Assembly (NCBI GenBank): GCA_964438735.1
Contig: CAYTLW010000004.1
Location: 51,953-115,952, forward strand
Length of the DNA stretch: 64,000 nucleotides
Source of the DNA: an uncultured Enterobacteriaceae bacterium
GTDB lineage: Bacteria; Myxococcota_A; UBA9042
Direction of reading: 5' to 3'
In this document: piece by piece, positions 59,132 to 64,000 of the stretch
Layout: every line of letters begins with the position of its first letter
How positions within the stretch are numbered: the stretch's first letter is position 1
Program-made: the position numbers and the translations under genes
The notes under the pieces: generated by a model
The model's input: only the letters and a program-made list of their open reading frames with translations
The model's database searches: none
What the model was told of the DNA's origin: nothing

Positions 59132-62100
59132 ATGAACGGTCGTGGTTGGGGCGCAGCGCATTGGTTCGTTGGCACCAGGTTCGTCAGCACGTGGTGCATC
59201 GTCCTGGCAGCTGCGCTGGCAGCCGGCGGTTGCGAAGCGCCCGTGGAGACGACCGACGAACCCGCCGATACCACGACCGGCGGCGGTGAAGACGCCATCG
59301 TGGACGCCACCGTGGCCGACCAGGCCAGCACCGGCGGCTGCAAATCCGACGACGACTGCGAGGCCGACGCGCCCGTCTGCGACACAGCGTCTGGCAAATG
59401 TGAAGGCTGCACCAAGGACGACCAATGTGACGCCGATCGCCACTGCCTGGACGGCAAGTGCCCCGCGGATGTGTGCAAGAAGGGCGAAAAGAAGTGCGAC
59501 GGCCCCGGCAAGGTCGCCCGTTGCGCCGACAATGGCGGCGCCTTCGACCCCACTCCCTGCGGCGACAAGGAGATCTGCGAGGACGGCAACTGCCTCAAGG
59601 TGGTCTGCAAAGCCGACAGCAAGAAGTGCGAGGACAACGGCGTGGCGACCTGCAACAAGCTCGGCACCGCCTGGGGCGAGGCCACCAAATGCAGCGACAC
59701 CCAGACCTGCGCCGCCGGTGTCTGCCAGGATCACGACTGCAAACCGGCCAGCACCAAGTGCGAGAACGCGTCCATCCTGACCTGCCAGGAGGACGGGCTG
59801 GGTTGGAAGACCACCGCCTGCAAAGATGGCAGCGATGGCGGCGCGGCGCAGTGGTGCGCAGACGTCGAGGGCACGCCCACGTGCCAGGATCAGACCTGCC
59901 AACCCACCCAGACGGCCTGCAAGGACGGCATCGCGGTGGTCTGCAAGGATGACGGCCTAGGCACCACCGTGGTCGAGGACTGCACCAAGAAGGATCCCGA
60001 CGGCGGCCCCGGCAAGACCTGCATCTCGGGCAAGTGTGTCTCGCTCAACTGCGTGCCCAAAAGCACCAAATGCGCCGGCAAGAACCTGGTCACCTGCAAG
60101 GATGATGGCCTCGGCGTGACCACCAAGTCCTGCGGCGCCCAGATGGGCTGCGAGGACGGCAAGTGCATGCCCATCATCTGCCTGGCCACCAGCGAATTCT
60201 GCGACGGCAAGGTGGCCAAGAAGTGCAACCTCTTCGGCACCAGCGCGACCGTGACCGACGACTGCCCCAAGGCCGACAAGACCTGCTCCAAGGGCAAGTG
60301 CGTCGAGTACGTGTGCAAGCCCGGCGCCATCAGCTGCGGCGCGGGCGGCGGCCAGGTGCAGACCTGCAACGCCGACGGGCTGTCCTACAAGGCCAAGAAC
60401 TGCACTGGCGGCACCACCTGCGTCAAGGACACCTGCAAACCGGTCATCTGCACCCCCGATTCGATGTTCTGCAAGGGCGCCGAGGTCAAGAAGTGCGATG
60501 CAACTGGCACCAGCAGCGCCACCGACGCCACCTGCGCCAAGGACAAGGTCTGCCTGCAGGGCAAGTGCGTGCCCAAGGTCTGCGACGCCGGCGAGCTCAA
60601 GTGCAACGGCCTCAAGGCGACCCAGCAGTGCAAACCCAGCGGGCTGGGCTGGACCGACAAGAGCTGCGCGGACAAGACCGCATGTGACAAGGGCCAATGC
60701 CTGCCCCAGGTCTGCAGCCCGTCGGCCCTGCAATGCGACGAGGGCAAGGCCAACAAGTGCGACGCCAAGGGCTTGAAGTGGGCGCTGGCGGGCGACTGCA
60801 AATCCAAGGGCCAGAACTGCATCGCCGGCAAGTGCGTCGACTATGTCTGCAAGGCGGGCGCCAAGAAGTGCGACAAGGGCAAACTGGCCACCTGCGCCAA
60901 GAGCGGCATGTCCTGGAGCCAGGCGACCTGCGGCAAGGACACCATCTGCGATGCGGGCTCCTGCGAGCCCCTGATCTGCACGCCCAAGCAGAAGAAATGC
61001 GCCAACAACAAGGCCATGGTCTGCAACGACCTGGGCACGGTCTCCAAGCTCGTATCCGACTGCACCAAGAGCAAGCAGAACTGCGTCAAGGGCGCCTGCG
61101 TCGACTTCGTCTGCAAGGCCAAGACCAGCAAATGCGAGGCTGGCGTGCGCATGATCTGCGCCGATGACGGCATGGCCTGGAACAATGCGGCCTGCGGCAA
61201 GGGCACCATCTGCGAGGCGGGCGCGTGCAAGAACGTCGTCTGCGAGGCCAAGAAGGCCTTCTGCAAGGGCCACCTGGTGCAGCAATGCAACGACCTGGGC
61301 ACGGCGGCCAAAGATGGCGACGACTGCAAGGCCAAGGGCAAGGCCTGTGTCGCCGGCAAGTGCGTCGACCTGCTCTGCAAGCCGGGCGCGCTCAGCTGCA
61401 AATCCGGCAAACTGCGGACCTGCAACGCCGACGGTCTCGGCTGGACGGCCAAGGATTGCGCGGCGGGCACCGCGTGTGTGAGCGGCGTGTGCAAGACCGT
61501 CATCTGCAAAGCCGACCAGCTCGCCTGCAAGGGCAGCGTGCTGCAGACCTGCGATGCCACCGGCACCGCCATCGCCAAGACCGTCGACTGCGCCGCCGAC
61601 AAGAAGAAGTGCTCGGCCGGCAAGTGCGTCGCGGCCATCTGCAAGGCCGGCACCACCACCTGCCAGAGCGGCCAGCTGGCCACCTGCGACGCCGGCGAAC
61701 TGTCCTGGAACAAGCAGTCCTGCGGCGTCGGCAAGGCGTGCGATGGCGGCAAATGCCTGGCTGTCATCTGCACGCCGAACAAGGCAACCTGCAAGGTGCG
61801 GCAGGCCTACAAGTGCAACGCCACCGGCACCGCCAATCCGCTGCTGACCGACTGCAAGAAGCTGGACAAGGCCTGCGTCAACGGCGAGTGCAAGCCGCTG
61901 CTCTGCAAGCCGGGGGCCGTCAAATGTGACGGCATCAAGCTGGCCACCTGCAATCTCGACGGGCTCACCTGGAAGAGCGCCGACTGCGCCAAGGGCAAGG
62001 CCTGCGCGGGCGCCAAGTGCGTCGCTGTGGCCTGCAAAGCCAACGAGAAGTCCTGCGACGGCTTCAACGCCATGTTGTGCAACGCCAGCGGGACCAAGAA

Positions 62101-64000
62101 CGAGCTCCAGGCCGCCTGCGACAAGCAGGGCAAGGCCTGCAAGGCTGGCAAGTGTGTGCCCCAGGTCTGCAAGCCGGGCACCAAGACCTGCCTGCAGAAA
62201 GACGCCATGGTCTGCAACGCCGACGCCCTGGGCTGGAAGGTCACGGCCTGCGGCGGCGACACGGTGTGCGAGAACGGCGTCTGCGCCAAGAAGATCTGTA
62301 CCCCCTTCAAGCCCTTCTGCGACGCCAAGGCCAACGCGATCAAGATGTGCAATCCCCTGGGCACCGATGGGGTCACCGTGACGCCGTGCAAGTCCAATGA
62401 GCTGTGCATCGGTACGCAGTGCGAGACCAAGGTCTGCGAGCCCAACAAGCAGGGCTGCAAGGACCTGGCCACCCTGACGGTCTGCAACTCGACGGGTACC
62501 AGCGCCAAGGAGTACCCCTGCGGCTCCGGCAAGGTCTGCTACAAGGGCGGCTGCCCGAACAAGCTCTGCGAGCCGTCGGCGAAGTTCTGCGAAAAGAACG
62601 TCAGCATCCAGTGCGCCGCCACCGGCCTGTCCAAGAGCACGCTGGCCGATTGCAGCAAGACCAACCAGGTCTGCGTCAAGGGCAAGTGCCTGGACAAGAT
62701 CTGCAAGTCCGGCGCCCTGTCCTGCATCGACGGCCAGGTGGGCACCTGCAACTCTGACGGCATGGGCTGGACCAAGAAGCCCTGCGATGACGGCAACGCC
62801 TGCACCTCCAACGGCTGCAAGGATGCCAAGTGTGCGTACGGCGCGCCCAAGACCTGCAACGACGGCAACGTCTGCACCACCGACAAATGCGACACCTCCA
62901 ACGGCAAGTGCAGCAACAAGGCCGTCGGCGGCAACTGCGACGATGGCAGCAAGTGCACCTTTGGCGAAACGTGCGTCAGCGGCGTCTGCAAGGAAGGCAA
63001 GTGGGGCGTGGTCAGCACCCTGGCCGGCACGGGCTCCAGCGGGGTCGCCGATGGCGCGGCGAACAAGGCCACCTTCAACGGTCCATTCGGCGTCACGGTG
63101 GGTGGCGATGGCACAGTGTACATCGCCGGCTTGAACGGTCAGCGCATCCGCCGCATCAAGGATGGCACCGTCAGCCTGTGGGCCGGCAGCTCGGCCGGTT
63201 TCGCCAACGGCAAGGGCTCGGCGGCGAAGTTCAACAATCCGTCCGGCATCGCCGTCGACGCGGAGGGCACCGGCTATGTGGCCGACCAGAACAACCACAA
63301 GATCCGCCGGATCGAGGGCGATGGCATGGTGACCGTGCACGCCGGCGGCAAGGCGGGCTTCATGGACGGCGCGCCCGAGGTGGCCCAATTCGATCATCCC
63401 GTGGGCGTCGCCGTCGACAAGGCGGGCAACGTCTACGTGGCCGATCGGCTCAACCATCGCATCCGCAAAATCAACGCCATGGGCGTGGTCAACACCCTGG
63501 CCGGCTCGGGCAACGCGGGCAACAACGACGGCCCCGCCGCCCAGGCCCGATTCCGCTATCCCATGGGCATCGCGGTCGATGGCGCGGGCAACGTCTACGT
63601 CGGCGACGAGTACTACGCCCGGGTGCGCAAGGTCGCGCCCAACGGCACCGTGAGCACGCTCGCCGGCGGCAGCATGGGCTACAAGGATGGCAAGGGCAGC
63701 GCAGCCCAGTTCGCCGGCCAGCTCGGCGTGGCGGTCAACCTCTACGGCCAGGTGGCGGTCGCCGATCGCAAGAGCCAACGCATCCGCCTGATCAGCCCAG
63801 ACGGTCAGGTCACCACCATCGCCGGCACGGGCTCGGCCTCTTTCTCAGACACCGTGGCCAACCAGGCCCGCTTCAACCAGCCCACCGGCGTGGCCTTCGA
63901 CCACTGGGGGCGCATCGTCATCGTCGACTCCGGCAACCGGCGGATCCGCCTGTTGACCCCGTCCAAGCTCTCCTGCGACGACGACAACGTCTGCACCAAG
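59132..64000 (+). CDS. Giant exported protein: about 26 tandem 42-45-aa six-Cys modules, Myxococcus-type CxDGNxCTxDxC repeats, then NHL-repeat beta-propeller; 3' truncated by window
   Basis: Hand-translated; absent from the ORF track because no stop falls in the window. ATG at 59132 with SD GGAAGGGGGG. Signal WCIVLAAALAAGGC. Repeats such as CKAGAKKCDKGKLATCAKSGMSWSQATCGKDTICDAGSCEPLI. NHL blades: FNGPFGVTVGGDGTVYIAGLNGQRIRRI, FNNPSGIAVDAEGTGYVADQNNHKIRRI, FDHPVGVAVDKAGNVYVADRLNHRIRKI. Confidence 0.85.
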   Translation, partial: MNGRGWGAAHWFVGTRFVSTWCIVLAAALAAGGCEAPVETTDEPADTTTGGGEDAIVDATVADQASTGGCKSDDDCEADAPVCDTASGKCEGCTKDDQCDADRHCLDGKCPADVCKKGEKKCDGPGKVARCADNGGAFDPTPCGDKEICEDGNCLKVVCKADSKKCEDNGVATCNKLGTAWGEATKCSDTQTCAAGVCQDHDCKPASTKCENASILTCQEDGLGWKTTACKDGSDGGAAQWCADVEGTPTCQDQTCQPTQTACKDGIAVVCKDDGLGTTVVEDCTKKDPDGGPGKTCISGKCVSLNCVPKSTKCAGKNLVTCKDDGLGVTTKSCGAQMGCEDGKCMPIICLATSEFCDGKVAKKCNLFGTSATVTDDCPKADKTCSKGKCVEYVCKPGAISCGAGGGQVQTCNADGLSYKAKNCTGGTTCVKDTCKPVICTPDSMFCKGAEVKKCDATGTSSATDATCAKDKVCLQGKCVPKVCDAGELKCNGLKATQQCKPSGLGWTDKSCADKTACDKGQCLPQVCSPSALQCDEGKANKCDAKGLKWALAGDCKSKGQNCIAGKCVDYVCKAGAKKCDKGKLATCAKSGMSWSQATCGKDTICDAGSCEPLICTPKQKKCANNKAMVCNDLGTVSKLVSDCTKSKQNCVKGACVDFVCKAKTSKCEAGVRMICADDGMAWNNAACGKGTICEAGACKNVVCEAKKAFCKGHLVQQCNDLGTAAKDGDDCKAKGKACVAGKCVDLLCKPGALSCKSGKLRTCNADGLGWTAKDCAAGTACVSGVCKTVICKADQLACKGSVLQTCDATGTAIAKTVDCAADKKKCSAGKCVAAICKAGTTTCQSGQLATCDAGELSWNKQSCGVGKACDGGKCLAVICTPNKATCKVRQAYKCNATGTANPLLTDCKKLDKACVNGECKPLLCKPGAVKCDGIKLATCNLDGLTWKSADCAKGKACAGAKCVAVACKANEKSCDGFNAMLCNASGTKNELQAACDKQGKACKAGKCVPQVCKPGTKTCLQKDAMVCNADALGWKVTACGGDTVCENGVCAKKICTPFKPFCDAKANAIKMCNPLGTDGVTVTPCKSNELCIGTQCETKVCEPNKQGCKDLATLTVCNSTGTSAKEYPCGSGKVCYKGGCPNKLCEPSAKFCEKNVSIQCAATGLSKSTLADCSKTNQVCVKGKCLDKICKSGALSCIDGQVGTCNSDGMGWTKKPCDDGNACTSNGCKDAKCAYGAPKTCNDGNVCTTDKCDTSNGKCSNKAVGGNCDDGSKCTFGETCVSGVCKEGKWGVVSTLAGTGSSGVADGAANKATFNGPFGVTVGGDGTVYIAGLNGQRIRRIKDGTVSLWAGSSAGFANGKGSAAKFNNPSGIAVDAEGTGYVADQNNHKIRRIEGDGMVTVHAGGKAGFMDGAPEVAQFDHPVGVAVDKAGNVYVADRLNHRIRKINAMGVVNTLAGSGNAGNNDGPAAQARFRYPMGIAVDGAGNVYVGDEYYARVRKVAPNGTVSTLAGGSMGYKDGKGSAAQFAGQLGVAVNLYGQVAVADRKSQRIRLISPDGQVTTIAGTGSASFSDTVANQARFNQPTGVAFDHWGRIVIVDSGNRRIRLLTPSKLSCDDDNVCTK

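Overview
This is a ~70% GC window that is almost entirely coding, and it is most consistent with a Myxococcota chromosome. The inference rests on Myxococcus-type Cys-rich repeats (CxDGNxCTxDxC), MopE-like CNGxDDDCDGxxDE motifs, SBBP and NHL propellers, PEGA domains and a giant Pkn-type Ser/Thr kinase. I called about 43 genes. The ORF track omits ORFs that run off either edge, so two partial genes were called by hand: the FecCD permease at 1..851 and the giant gene at 59132..64000+. Many long track ORFs are antisense high-GC artefacts.

What is recognisable:
- A minus-strand B12 uptake operon: cobalamin riboswitch, then a btuB-like TonB-dependent receptor, a beta-propeller lipoprotein, a btuF-like binding protein and a btuC-like permease. 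Start and stop codons are translationally coupled.
- Housekeeping and metabolic genes: NUDIX hydrolase, MutS2, TrkA, threonine aldolase, an XDH-family molybdenum aldehyde oxidoreductase with a NifS-like partner, D-aminoacylase, a DUF255/YyaL thioredoxin-domain protein, a metallophosphoesterase, two GNAT acetyltransferases, YaiI and an SGNH hydrolase.
- Signalling genes: a 1580-aa Ser/Thr kinase with (TD)n repeats, a hybrid histidine kinase, and a STAND-like ATPase with TPR repeats.
- A phosphotransferase - small protein - acyl-CoA dehydrogenase operon with a divergent enoyl-CoA hydratase. This mirrors the ACAD10/11 domain set.

Best candidates for something undescribed:
1. A co-directional five-gene block (51457..64000+) of exported Cys-rich proteins. 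It ends in a giant protein with about 26 tandem six-Cys modules followed by an NHL beta-propeller, a teneurin-like layout, truncated by the window. The block also holds a lipoprotein with only a PPDK_N ATP-grasp domain and a secreted protein with six exact 33-aa repeats.
2. An AT-rich array of four 33-bp tandem repeats (48461..48590), with another copy at 49330..49372. It sits in the divergent promoter between an orphan radical-SAM/SPASM enzyme and a small membrane protein carrying a C-terminal CxWCxxxRDDxGxW...HGxCPCC zinc-ribbon-like motif.

No CRISPR array, tRNA, rRNA, integrase or transposase was seen.
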